NCBI RefSeq assembly: GCF_001194135.2
Contig: NC_068988.1
Coordinates: forward strand, 33,407,042 to 33,471,041
DNA: 64,000 nucleotides
Reading direction: 5' to 3'
Source: Octopus bimaculoides
Taxonomy: Eukaryota
Part shown: positions 51,197-63,145 of the stretch, piece by piece
Position numbering within the stretch: position 1 is the stretch's first letter
How the letters are laid out: every line of letters begins with the position of its first letter
The notes under the pieces: generated by a model
Seen by the model: only the letters and a program-made list of their open reading frames with translations
The model's database searches: none
What the model was told of the DNA's origin: nothing
Program-made: the position numbers and the translations under genes

Positions 51197-52224
51197 NNNN
51201 NNNNNNNNNNNNNNNNNNNNNNNNNNNNNNNNNNNNNNNNNNNNNNNNNNNNNNNNNNNNNNNNNNNNNNNNNNNNATATACATATATCTATACAACTGC
51301 ACGCAAACACATACACATATACAGACATTCATGCACACACATCTATGTATAAATAGAAAGATAAATAGACTGATACATACATACATATATATGTGTGTGT
51401 GTGTGTGTGTGTACACGTATGCATGTATAGCAATTATGAAATACCCCAGCCATAAATCGAATACAGAATGACGAAAATATTACAGATAATATTCCGATGC
51501 TAAAGAAAGACAAAATGAATCATACTAGGTAACTTAGAGGCCTCTATTGAAACGCCAACAGAAATAGAAAAAATCGAACAATACAGAATGGAAAAGGCCA
51601 GCAGGTCAGTGAATCAGTCAACCTTTACCGATTTTAAGAATGAAAAATGAAAGAAATCGTTGCGACTTAAGATATAATAGTGAAGTCAATGTAAAGAGAC
51701 GAAAGAAATACATACACAACTGTAAGCGGAAGTACGTTAACGATCAAAAGGATATCACCACAACAACAATGATATTTAGAAACCAACTCATAAAAAACGG
51801 CATTCATACAATAAATAACGAAAAAAATAATAAGTAGATTATAGGTTTTGATAACCGAAAAAAAAAATTGCTACATCTCCCCTTCTCCTCTCTTTCTCTC
51901 GGTATGTGTGTGGTGTTTGTATATATATACGTGTGCGTGTGTGTGTGTGTGTGTGTGAATATGTGTGTGAATGTCTGCGTGTGTATGTGAATGTGTGTGT
52001 TATTAAAAGTTTAACTCAGCTTGACGTGACTCAAAGTTTCCTGGGTTCAACTCCCTACAAGTAGAAGAATGACAAATCGTAGACATTTCAAGTCAGGTTT
52101 TAGATTGTAAGCCTCTCTTCGTAAGTACATAGTGTTTTGCTTTAATGCTGCAGAACTCCGCTTACCGTTATATTCTTACAGATAAATAGGCAGTTCAAAC
52201 GGATTGTTAGTAGGCTGAGGTTTT

Positions 52225-52310
52225 GTTTATTAATCTGTAGCACCTGTATTTCAGAGAGCTAGCCATGTAACACTCTATGTCACGCTGAATCTCCCTGAGA
52301 ACAGATGTTG
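52225..52310 (+). mobile_element. SINE family C internal fragment
   Basis: tgtagcacctgtatttcagagagc...tgtcacgctgaatctccctgagaac. Confidence 0.6.
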
Positions 52311-53039
52311 CTGAATACATTATACCATAGCATACCGCCAATGAGGCGATGGTATTCTAGTAACATCTTTCTTGACCGTTCTAATAAACAAATACCTGGT
52401 GTCACGTCCACAACATTAACACCAGGTGACATGAGCTTCATAATAGTTTCCTAATATTTGAAAGCCAACTTCGTTTCTCCTGATTTCTAATCAGATAAAC
52501 GAGTTTTACTCACCGACGAAACCTTAAGTCACACACTGTTATAAGAAAAATACTTGTAAATGTGTTCAGAGCCAGTTTCTTCTGTTTGTCCCCTCCTTCT
52601 CAACAGAGGGAAGTCAGATCCCCATTAGGGATTATATAATCCAAAAGATACCACGTGTTAATCACTATCATATGATGCGAAAGTCTCTGCAATTAGTGTA
52701 GTAATACATATTATTAATACTGAAAGAAAGAAAATGGACAAAAATGGATGTATGAATAATTTAACATTTAGAGGAAGCATCTCTACATTCTAATCTCTCA
52801 CAATTCTATTATTTTATTTTCCAGAATACATGATATTAAGAAAAAAACAACATGTATATCGCCCTTCAGATAATTGGAAATTATTTTGTAAGATTGATAA
52901 GAAAACATACAACTAGTTAGCACTTGAGTATCTTATTAACGATAAACTATACAAAAAGACAACATTATATGAAACTAGAAGAGATGCTACTTTGACATGG
53001 CTGTCTATTTCCTCAGCATATCTGTACTAGTTCTGTTCG

Positions 53040-53330
53040 AAACTTAGGTTAATATCGGCTTCGTGGGTTCTAGCAAATTTTACTGCTTCCTTTTAAACTC
53101 TCGATCATCTGCAAACTGGCAATCTTCACAAGCAATACATATCTTCGACTCAATGGTCGTCTGTAAGATTGTCAGTAGATTTAAACCTACTAGGCCTGCT
53201 GGTCATACGTATATAGACAAGTTTGAGCGTATAGTGTTTGCATCTGTTAAATCAACACAAATCACAATAATAACAAAGATGAGATCGTCCAATTCAAAAC
53301 TTAACCCAATAATGGTAATAAGTTACCTTC
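53040..53330 (-). mobile_element. Possible RTE-type RT relic
   Basis: Minus strand ...LNLLTILQTTIESKICIACEDCQFADD weakly resembles RTE LFNL.RL....K..IRELLFADD. Confidence 0.3.
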
Positions 53331-54859
53331 TAATTTACTCTGAACTGAAGATCACAGGCAAATGATCCTCCCAGAATGCGGCAATTTTCTCAGTCGGACC
53401 TAACACTGCGTACGAGAGCCTTGAACAACTAATCACAAAACTATTGTATTTCTATCGCATGTGCTTGACACATCATTTAGGTTTCGTAATTATTTCGGCC
53501 ACAGTGTTAAATTTGATCTGCTATTGCCTGTAAAAAAGCAGACTATAATGTATTTCATATTTTTTGTACGTTGAGTATTGTGCCATGATTGCTAACGTAA
53601 ACTAAACCTTTGCCGTTATATTCACATTTTCTTATAATTTTTCAGAATATTGTATATCATGAAATATAAAATGCCAGAACATGGCTATATAAATGCTTCT
53701 ATATGATCAATAAGATTTTGAAAAAATTGAGAAATACAGAATATCTATTGCATATATTTGCTGGTGTTTTGTAGTTGATATTTTACATCATCAAAGTCAG
53801 CAATATGTTACATATTAATAGTAAACATTTTGCTGCGCCCTACCCACGTATTAGAGTATATGCAGACGTATAAAAGTTGTATGGTAAGATAAAGAGGAGA
53901 ATTATTCTTTAGAACATTTTATGGGAACTAAATATTTAACATTGTCAAACGATGCTGGGTCGATTCAGTTTACACTATTAACATAATAGAGAAAGTTATT
54001 TTCATATACAGAGTAAATATCTAAATTTAAGAAAAACCCATTATGCAGTAGCATGTCACGAATATTAAAAATTGTAAAAATAAAATAAAGAATAAAATAA
54101 AATTAAAATAATGTAAATAAACAGTAACAGTATCCACTTACCGAACTTAGCTAGAGAATACACCCACAAAGCGATGGAGAAGTAAATGATTTATAAAGTA
54201 AAAATATAACAAGTTTGTGAGGCACTAGAATCTCTAGACTGCAGGGAGTAAGTTGGTAGAAATAAATCTACTGAAAGAGTTCATGACAAGTGGAGGTAAC
54301 GAACTGAAAATTTCACGCTTCAGTGGTTTCAAAGTTCAAATTAATCCCTTATACATACCCGCACTCCCACTTATACACAAACATTCAGAAACTCCCGCAC
54401 GAACACATACATAAGCATGTTCACGTAAACATGCATATCAAAGTCTTTATACGAATAAGTATGCAGAGCCGTCTATCGATATATCTATATTTATTTTAAA
54501 TACATGCACCCACATAGTTATACATATATAACTATGTATGTGAACATACGCATACATAGTTTGGGACCAAAATCAACTGAGTATGACAATATAAATATAT
54601 CAACTACAAGAACACATTTTTGCACGCGTATACAAATTAGCCCATCTTGAGAGTAAGATTATATTTAACAGTCTTACATATTTATAATAAATAACAAGCA
54701 ATCTTAAGCGCAGAATTTGATCGGGTTATAAATATATGGGATAGTACTAATATTGAAATGATTAGTCGAATATGATAGTAGGATATAATATATAGAAATA
54801 AAGATATTCATCACTTAGATTAAGCTTGCTGAATATAAGTATTAGTAGTACTTCCACAG

Positions 54860-54990
54860 TGGAGGCGTAATGGTCCAGTGGGTAGGGAAGCGGATCGCGG
54901 TCGTAGGATCGCGGTTTCGATTGCCCGAATGGACGTTGTGAGCGTTTATTGAGAGAAAACGCCTAAAGCTCGATGAGGCTCCGGCAAGGG
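54860..54990 (+). mobile_element. tRNA-derived SINE head (family D), 3'-truncated
   Basis: gtggaggcgtaatggtccagtggg (A box) and ggtttcgattgccc (B box); CpG-rich relative to the background. Confidence 0.75.
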
Positions 54991-55110
54991 GATCTTTTCC
55001 TTTTGACCGGCATATAGAAAAAATAACTTTTTGTTACTAAACACTTTGAAATTTCGTATACTGGTAGAATGTGTCATTTAAAACATCATTTACTCTTGGC
55101 GTTTTAAGAA
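54990..55110. mobile_element. Terminal arm fragment of the 2472-3295 fold-back family
   Basis: ggatcttttccttttgaccggcata...tttttgttactaaacactttgaaatttcgtatactggtagaatg aligns with 2477-2590 and with the reverse complement of 3190-3294. Confidence 0.8.
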
Positions 55111-55114
55111 TAGA

Positions 55115-55335
55115 GTGGGCGGAAACTACAAGAAGCCTGTAATATACATGAGTGTATCGTTTAGACAACTGGTATTATTTTGTTTAAGTTCATGTAACTT
55201 ATCATAAGTACGAGGATAGAATAAGTAGCAGGCTTAGAAAAAGTAAATACAAGAGTCACTTTGTTTTACTAATTCCTTCAAAGAGGCCCCAGGATAACAA
55301 GAGTCTTATGACTTAAACGAATTAAAAGATTAAAA
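55115..55335 (+). mobile_element. SINE family B body and tail, degenerate
   Basis: gggcggaaactacaagaagcc...gatagaataagtagcaggcttag. Confidence 0.5.
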
Positions 55336-55977
55336 AAGAAGCACCCATAGGAACCTATTAATGTAGTGAAATTAGTCTTACGCCCATCCGTAAAGTTATT
55401 TTTGTGCTTATACCCCACTAGATTTAAAGTGCTTCCATTTAGTACCAATTAATACGTGCATTCCTACAAATGCAAGCAGAGAATGTATGTAGATATTTGT
55501 TCTAAGACAAGTGGACAAAAGAATTTGTAACTAAAGTTGCAACATTTACTTACAGTACTCCTTATCATAGGGTTGTTCGGTGCATGGATTCGTTAAAGCT
55601 TATATATACAAAGCAAAGTGAACCATGGAGAAGCGTTTATCCACAGCACGGAAGAATTCACCTGTTATGAGGGATGCAATACTTCATCGGAATGGAATAG
55701 CCAGTCCCTACGCTTCCGTTATTGCTCGCTCTAGTCAGAGTAGCATAAGGAGCCAGATGATTACCATTAATCTAGAGTAGTGAGATCTACACTTCGTATT
55801 ATTACTTCTCGCCTGTAGTTCACTTATGGGATTGTGATACATCACCTTATGAATATTCGTGTAACTATCTTTATTACTAAGATTATCGTAATTAAAATTC
55901 CATTCTTATTACCATTATTGATATTATTAATATAGTGGACATATCAGATTACTTCGTTTGATTTTGTTTAGCCGCAA

Positions 55978-56364
55978 NNNNNNNNNNNNNNNNNNNNNNN
56001 NNNNNNNNNNNNNNNNNNNNNNNNNNNNNNNNNNNNNNNNNNNNNNNNNNNNNNNNNNNNNNNNNNNNNNNNNNNNNNNNNNNNNNNNNNNNNNNNNNNN
56101 NNNNNNNNNNNNNNNNNNNNNNNNNNNNNNNNNNNNNNNNNNNNNNNNNNNNNNNNNNNNNNNNNNNNNNNNNNNNNNNNNNNNNNNNNNNNNNNNNNNN
56201 NNNNNNNNNNNNNNNNNNNNNNNNNNNNNNNNNNNNNNNNNNNNNNNNNNNNNNNNNNNNNNNNNNNNNNNNNNNNNNNNNNNNNNNNNNNNNNNNNNNN
56301 NNNNNNNNNNNNNNNNNNNNNNNNNNNNNNNNNNNNNNNNNNNNNNNNNNNNNNNNNNNNNNNN
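55978..56364. other. Assembly gap
   Basis: N run. Confidence 1.
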
Positions 56365-57057
56365 ACACATACAACCACACACACACACGTATATCTAGGC
56401 AATTTCTAATTCGGGATCAATTTCAAGAAACTTTCAACCTACCACGTCTCAGAGTTGATGCAAAATGGCATGAAATTAAATTACATATCCATGCGCTTCC
56501 TTTCGGAAGATAACTGAGCTGTAGTTAAAAGTAATTTCTAATGGGTTGAGTACGACGAAATCGATCACTCTTCGATATCTATATGTAAACACATTTCAGG
56601 TTTTGGACGTGATATCATTTAAAGAGAGGCTAGCAGATACTCTTACGTATATGTATTCTCCATCTATATATATCAACAGCGTTATTCCCCCGAAAAAATG
56701 TCACCGATTTAGACCGATACTGCTAGTTACCGATATTGTCGCGCAAGTTGCTATTAGAAGAAATAAAATCTTATACAATTTTAATAGTTCCGAGACTCTA
56801 CCGTCTGGATAAATTAATTGACCGATTTCGTAAAGATCAATTTCAAAGTTGACTTCAGAAATACATGAGTATAGAGAGTAAAAAATCGATACGACAACCA
56901 CGATGTGAGTTATAGCCCAGATTGTAACTTCTTAATCATTTTGACGTTAAAGGCAGTAAATTTATGAAAATATCTTGCTGTTTTCTTTCTTACAGCAGAA
57001 TCCTATTTTGCATCAAATGTCGACGTATCTTGCTTTAACATTCATTGTCTAAAGCAT

Positions 57058-57240
57058 GCGGCGATCTGGCAGAAAACTTAGCACATCTGATAAATTACTT
57101 AACGGTGTATCGTCGGTCTTTATGTTGTGCGTTCAAATGCGGTCGAGTCTGAGTTTGCATTTCCATCATTTGATAGTCGATGAAATCGACTTACCTCGTC
57201 CCTGAAATTGCTGTTCTTGTGAGAAACTTTGAAACCAATG
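57058..57240 (+). mobile_element. SINE family A, degenerate, internally deleted
   Basis: gcggcgatctggcagaaaacttagcac...cgttcaaatgcggtcgag...aatcgacttacc...tttgaaaccaat. Confidence 0.7.
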
Positions 57241-58022
57241 TTTATTGTCCATCTAGATCTGTATTTAAATTCTATATCAAACCCCGAATTCGATAATGAA
57301 CAAATCTTTCGTAATGAAATGCATATGGAAGCTTCAGAAAGATTTTCGTTATAAGAGTCTCTGCTCTTCCGTATTAATAACATGGTAAAACAAGATCAGT
57401 TAATGAATAGGATGATATAGAGTAGGTAATTTACTTATTCATACAGTACGCTTTGGTTGATTAATGTTAAAGACGAAGGTAAGAAATTAGAGAGTCAAAT
57501 GGAAAGTTTTCCGTTAAAATCCCAGCAGGTTTTGCTCAAAATAAAGAACTACAAGAGATAAACTGGAAAAAGAAAGCAGATGAAAGAAATTTCCAGCTGA
57601 AGAACACGTAAATAGAAATAGGGAAAGGGACGAACATATTCTTGAAAGGAGGCCTACAATTAAGAAGGAGTGTAGTATATCAAATGCCTTGATGGCTTCG
57701 AGCGAATTATTGAGAACAAACATTAAGAAAAACAACCATCGCAGGGAAAATAGCGTGGAAAGGAAAAGATTGAATATTCTTAAGAAAATAAAGTTAGTTG
57801 GTTGGGAAAAGATTCAAAAGTGAAGAAATAAAAACAATAATGTTAACTTTAGAAAAAGAAAATAGTGTGCAGGATTATTCAAACACTTCTGAGTAAAGGA
57901 ATGGATTTGATATGTACTTTCATGAGAAATGTGATGGTAATTAGAATAATAATAAAAAATGTCATATAACTAAAGTAAAGGAAATCATTCTGTATTTTAT
58001 CGAACTTAGGATACATACATAC

Positions 58023-58244
58023 NNNNNNNNNNNNNNNNNNNNNNNNNNNNNNNNNNNNNNNNNNNNNNNNNNNNNNNNNNNNNNNNNNNNNNNNNNNNNN
58101 NNNNNNNNNNNNNNNNNNNNNNNNNNNNNNNNNNNNNNNNNNNNNNNNNNNNNNNNNNNNNNNNNNNNNNNNNNNNNNNNNNNNNNNNNNNNNNNNNNNN
58201 NNNNNNNNNNNNNNNNNNNNNNNNNNNNNNNNNNNNNNNNNNNN
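58023..58244. other. Assembly gap truncating the LINE
   Basis: N run. Confidence 1.
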
Positions 58245-60745
58245 ACACTCGTTGCCCTAGTGATGCCAATATCCTGGATGTCCCTGCCACATCGAAAGCC
58301 ATGCTGATTTACATTTAGGAGTTTGCGGATCTCCAGGAAGCCAGCTATCCTTGAACTTACCACTCTTTCAAACAGTTTAATTATATGGGAGGTGAGTTAG
58401 TTTGGGTGATAGTTGACTCCGAGGGATCTGTTTCCCTATTTGAAAACCGGTATATAACCTGAGTCTAAAGAATTTCTCCAGAGGTTGGTCAGAGGGACTG
58501 CAAGTTGTTATCTACATTCCTCCAGGAGACTAGTGGGGAATCTATCAGGGCCTACAGCAGAATAATATTTGACCTCATTTATTACTGCTATGATGTCTGA
58601 GGCAGTGAAGGTTATGTACGAGATTTTATGTTGAGAATCAACTTTGTTCGCTTCTCTTATGTCAATATCAGTGGGATCACTAAAAACAGAGCAGTATTGT
58701 TTCTGCAGTATTTCTGCCATTTCTTTAGCATCGTGTCGGGGAATGTCATTATCATCGATAAATGGCCCAATGGGTGAGACAGCGGTTCTATACTTATTTG
58801 CATAAGGCTAGAACACTTTGGGGTCCTGTTTGATGTTTTTGATTACCCACTGTTCCTCTGCAACTCTTTGATTTTCAATGGAGGTTTACATGTCGGTCTG
58901 CAGATGAAGTTTTTGGCACTCCAGCCTTTTCATTGTTGTTGAATGTGGATGCTGTATGTAGGAGTATTTTAATTGGTTGATTTTTTATTGAGTCTTTTGA
59001 TGCACCTGACGAGTGTTTTTGTTTTCTTTCTAGGGAGCCGGTTTCTTTTTGGGTTAGTGGATTTCGTAAGAGCGTGTTATGAGCATGTATAGGTGACGAT
59101 GTTCTCAAAGTGTGGCGATGCCGTCTCAATGTGAGTGGAACTGAGAGTGAAAGACCAATCGATGAAGGACAGATCCTTTCTGATTGCTTCCCAGTCCGCT
59201 TTGTGGAAATTTATGTTGTCAAATGAGTGGCGTGGAGCGGGATTCGCAGGCTTGGTTTTGTTATGCCGGGAATTAAAATTGCAGAGTATCATGTCGTGGT
59301 CTGGGACGAGAGTTTTTTCAGTTGAAATACTGTTAACGGAGCTAGACTGTTGGTTAATATTAGATCCAAGATCGTTTTATTCTGTCTTGTTGGTGCGAGC
59401 ACAAGCTACGTCAGGAAGAATTTATTCATTAGATTAAAGAGTAATTCTGCTGCTGCTTTATCTGTTGCAGAGCATTTGCCTAACTTCAGAGTATTTGTGG
59501 GCCAGTTTATTTGAAGGAGGTTAAAATCACCCATGACTAGTATGTTTCCGGAGTTCTATTTTTGGAGGAAGGACTTGATTTTGTTGAGGCACTCTTCAAA
59601 GCACTTTAGAGGTGCTTGGGGTGACCTGTAAAGACCAACAATGTTTTATGTTGTTCAGAGGTAGCAATGAGGGTAGTTTTTGTATAGAACTGTGTATATG
59701 TGATTTTCTAGTTGGTGGCGGATGTGTGTTCCTTGTTTTTTGCATAAATGATTGCTGATAGCTCTTTGGATCTCCTGGCTTAGGTTGGCCTTCATATTTT
59801 CTAGATAAGTTAGTAAAAAAGAGTTGCCTCTTTGATTTGCCACTTGGTCAGATGACACAGTTTATATTTACGATATTTGGTGTTATGGTTTTTTCATAGT
59901 TCTGTCTTTGTTATTTGGTTGTAGGAGGTAAAATGTGGTTGTATTTTATTTTTGTTGCTGTCGTAGGTCTCTTCTGTTTCTGTTTATATTTATTTTTCGA
60001 TCGTTTTGTGCACTTCTGATGGTGGTAGTTGCATTCTGGGTTGAAGCACATTCTTAGTGACACAGAAGTTTGGCACAGTTTAGGATTGAAGAAGGTACAT
60101 CCATTGACTTTTGTGCATCCATATTTGGGATCAGGGCTATGGACTCTGTATTTAGGACAGTATTTGGGGGTTGAGGTGAGGGCAGTTTTTTCCCGTTATA
60201 CCATATGGACAGGTGCCCTTAACAAGTCTACGACATAAGGTAGGATGGGAAAAAGCAGAGCGTCCCTTGTTGTTGGTGCCGCTGGGGCCAAATCTAGTTA
60301 TCTTGAGAATGGTAACGACAGGAGTTTTGACGTGGGCATCATTGAGGTTTTCCTATATTGGCAGGTTCTTTGGTCAGTGGTCTTACTGTAGTAACAGTAG
60401 CAGACTGTTGTTGCTGTTGTTGTTGTTGTTGCTGTAGCGACAGTGAAAATTGACTTGCAACAGTAGGTGGAATCAGGTCAGATAGTGGTGCCAGCGAGTC
60501 CTGGCTTGCTACGGTAGAATTAGGTCAGACAGCGATATCAATGAGGATGTTGTTTGTTGCTGGTTAACGAGTCGCTGAAGTGACCCCTGACCTGTTGGCA
60601 TTGGGTCAGTTGGTGCGCTAAGTCCATTGACAGGCATGTCTTCCAGTGTTACCATGTGCGTGTGTAAAGTATGAAACGATCTTGTGATTTCTTTTATTTT
60701 GTTTTCGATCTGTAAAAGGATTGTGGAAACTGTGTAAAATGAGGG
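58245..60745 (-). mobile_element. CR1/L2-group LINE, 5' two-thirds: ORF1 with CCCH fingers and ORF2 with AP endonuclease and RT start, degenerate
   Basis: YRSPQAPLKCFEECLNKIKSF (endonuclease, about 59570-59640); NFHKADWEAIRKDLSFIDW; AEILQKQYCSVFS; SAVGPDRFPTSLLEEC; LLNVNQHGFRCGRD; Cys/His cluster at 60019-60235; (CAA)n polyQ near 60410-60437. Confidence 0.85.
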
Positions 60746-60749
60746 AGTG

Positions 60750-61095
60750 TTGCTTTTTATGTGTATGATTTGTGAGAACAAATGCTTGACTCATGCAGGT
60801 CTGGTTAACCATCAGATAACTCACAGGAATCAACATCTTGTAAATCGTGATAAGGCTATTGTTCACGGTAGAACATGTGCAACATGTGAAAATGTGTGCT
60901 TTTCAGCTGGAGAATTGAGTAGGCATGTCAAAAGAATACTGTAGCACCTGTTCCTTCTGCCAGCTATCACAACTGTGCATTATGCAATAAAATGTGCAAA
61001 TCTTTGACCGAGCTCAAGAATTATACAACAACCTCACATTGCATCAGCAAAGATATATTTCAATGACTCTTTGTAGCAACGGCTATGCTCTTATA
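60750..61095 (+). mobile_element. 3' end of an RTE-type LINE with three C2H2 zinc-finger remnants
   Basis: CMICENKCLTHAGLVNHQITH; CATCENVCFSAGELSRHVKRI; CALCNKMCKSLTELKNY; frameshift and stop between fingers 2 and 3. Confidence 0.65.
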
Positions 61096-61252
61096 TGAAC
61101 ATTACTGTTAATAATTTAAATTAATATCGGTGGGTAGCATGCGTAAAATAAACATAAAGGCAAAATTATCAATTAATAATAAAGGGAACTACACGTAGCA
61201 CCAGCATGCTAAAGAGAGCGGTCATCCTTCCCATCTCCAGCCTGATTTGATA

Positions 61253-61297
61253 CACACAAACCCGAGTTTCTGGGTATTGATCTGTCATCAGCGTGTG
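61253..61297 (-). ncRNA. Minimal type I hammerhead-ribozyme-like motif (degenerate stem II)
   Basis: Minus strand cacacg-CUGAUGA-cagaucaauaccca-GAAA-c(ucgg)-GUU-ugugug: conserved core, 6-bp stem I, 2-bp stem III, NUH = GUU. Confidence 0.55.
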
Positions 61298-61565
61298 ACA
61301 GCCATCGGTTGGCGATGTGAAGTGGTTCCCAACGCAAATATATATATATTTTTTTCACGTGTATTTAAAGGAATCTAAATGCTCAATTATCAAAATAATT
61401 GATCGGTGGCAATATGAACACAAGAATATGGATAGATAAATATCGATATGTATATATATATGTGGCTGTGTATGCATATTTATGCATACATGCATAAGTA
61501 TATGTCGGTATCTATGTATGTATATACGTATATATACATACATACACACACACACACATATATAC

Positions 61566-62011
61566 TTTCTTTTATTCTTTTACTTGTTTCAGTCATTTGA
61601 CTGCGGCCATGATGGAGCACCACATTTTAGTCGAGCAAATCAACCCCAGGACTTATTCTTTGTTCGCCTAGTACTTATTCTATCGGTCACTTTTTGACGA
61701 AACACTAAGTTACGAGTACGTAAACACACAAGCATCGAATGTCAAGCGAAATTGAGACACACACACACACACACTCACTCACACACACACACACACACAC
61801 ATACACACACACACACGCACACACACACACACATACATACATATATATATACGACGGGCTTCTTTCAGTTTCTGCCTACTGAATCCACTCACAGGGATTT
61901 GGTCGGCCCGAAGCTATAATAGAAGACATATACCCAAAGTGCCACGCAGTGGGACTGAACGTGAAACCATGTCGTTGGTAAGCAAGCTACTTACCACACG
62001 GCCACTCCTGC
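61566..62011 (-). mobile_element. SINE family B, full-length (tRNA-derived, CORE-like, internal (CA)n)
   Basis: Minus strand gcaggagtggccgtgtggta (A box), gttcagtccc (B box), ctttgggtatatgtcttcta CORE-like segment, aaaag-repeat tail. Confidence 0.9.
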
Positions 62012-62025
62012 ATACACACACACAC

Positions 62026-62088
<63 letters not shown>

Positions 62089-63042
62089 AATATATACGTG
62101 TGTATAATATATGTACGTATGTATATACGCGTGTGTGCATGTGTGAAATATGAAAGTCCTATTGAGAACTGCTGGTATTTTACCCATATTATCCTCCTAC
62201 GACAATTACAAAATCCCAGTACTTAAAATTTTCCGGGAATTTGAGCGACGGAATTTAACCGGACAAAGTGGTGACATTCATGATGCTTGCGATATGATTT
62301 TGTATACATATTTGCACATCTTGTTCGTGTAATTATTAGCCTTAAAATATAAATTCAAATTGGCAGGCAATCGCAATTGTCAAATGTTACGTATAGAGCT
62401 ACATAGATTCGCCAGCATCCAAAGCATACAAATATCATGATTTGAATTGCCAGAGGGATATAAATTTGAATTTTACATATTTGTATCAATACAGAGAAAG
62501 ATGAAGGAATCTTACGTATAAGAGTTACTATTTTTACTTTTGCTGATGGGTATGTTACTTTGTTAGTCAGACATTTCAGTTTATCCATTATGCAGCACAT
62601 ACGTCTGTATATAAATGTATATATATATATATATATGCACACATATATATAGACATATCTATTTACGTATCTACATGTATATACATATACATACACATGG
62701 ATACACACACACATATATATATATATGCACACATACATATGTATTTGTATGTATGTGTCTAAGCGTATCTTTGTAAGTTTAATTCACTACATTATTTTAT
62801 ACATCATCATAGAAATTTTGCAGCACTACGTGAATACTCTACTTAGATCATGGAATATGGATAACCTCGGGCTTTGAAATGATGCGGATTGAATTCTATA
62901 TAGTATTAATTCTGTTTAATGATAGGTAAGGATAATAGCTTGACATGCTAAATAATGAATTTAGCCAGAGAGAGAGGAAAGCCTATAGTGAGTATTTTAA
63001 TGTGAATTAAAAGTGATAGCAAAATGATAAGCAACAAACGAA

Positions 63043-63145
63043 ATGAATGAATGAAATATATCTTTGAAGATACAGATGTGTAAATAAAAGAATGAATGCA
63101 TGAATGAATGAAAGAATGAATGAATGAATGAATGAATGAATGAAA
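63043..63145. repeat. (TGAA)n microsatellite
   Basis: Directly visible. Confidence 0.9.

Noticed and set aside
54860-54935. tRNA gene (also the heads at 50600-50665 and 61930-62011)
   Set aside because: A/B boxes are present, but there is no complete cloverleaf or terminator and they continue into SINE bodies.
55554-55598. Minus-strand 45-nt symmetric microexon (xLTNPCTEQPYDKEY)
   Set aside because: Isolated, with no frame-linked partner identified; left unresolved.
57120-57383. 87-aa minus-strand ORF with an AG|gtaagt donor
   Set aside because: The donor and the distal half are the antisense of a SINE family A copy.
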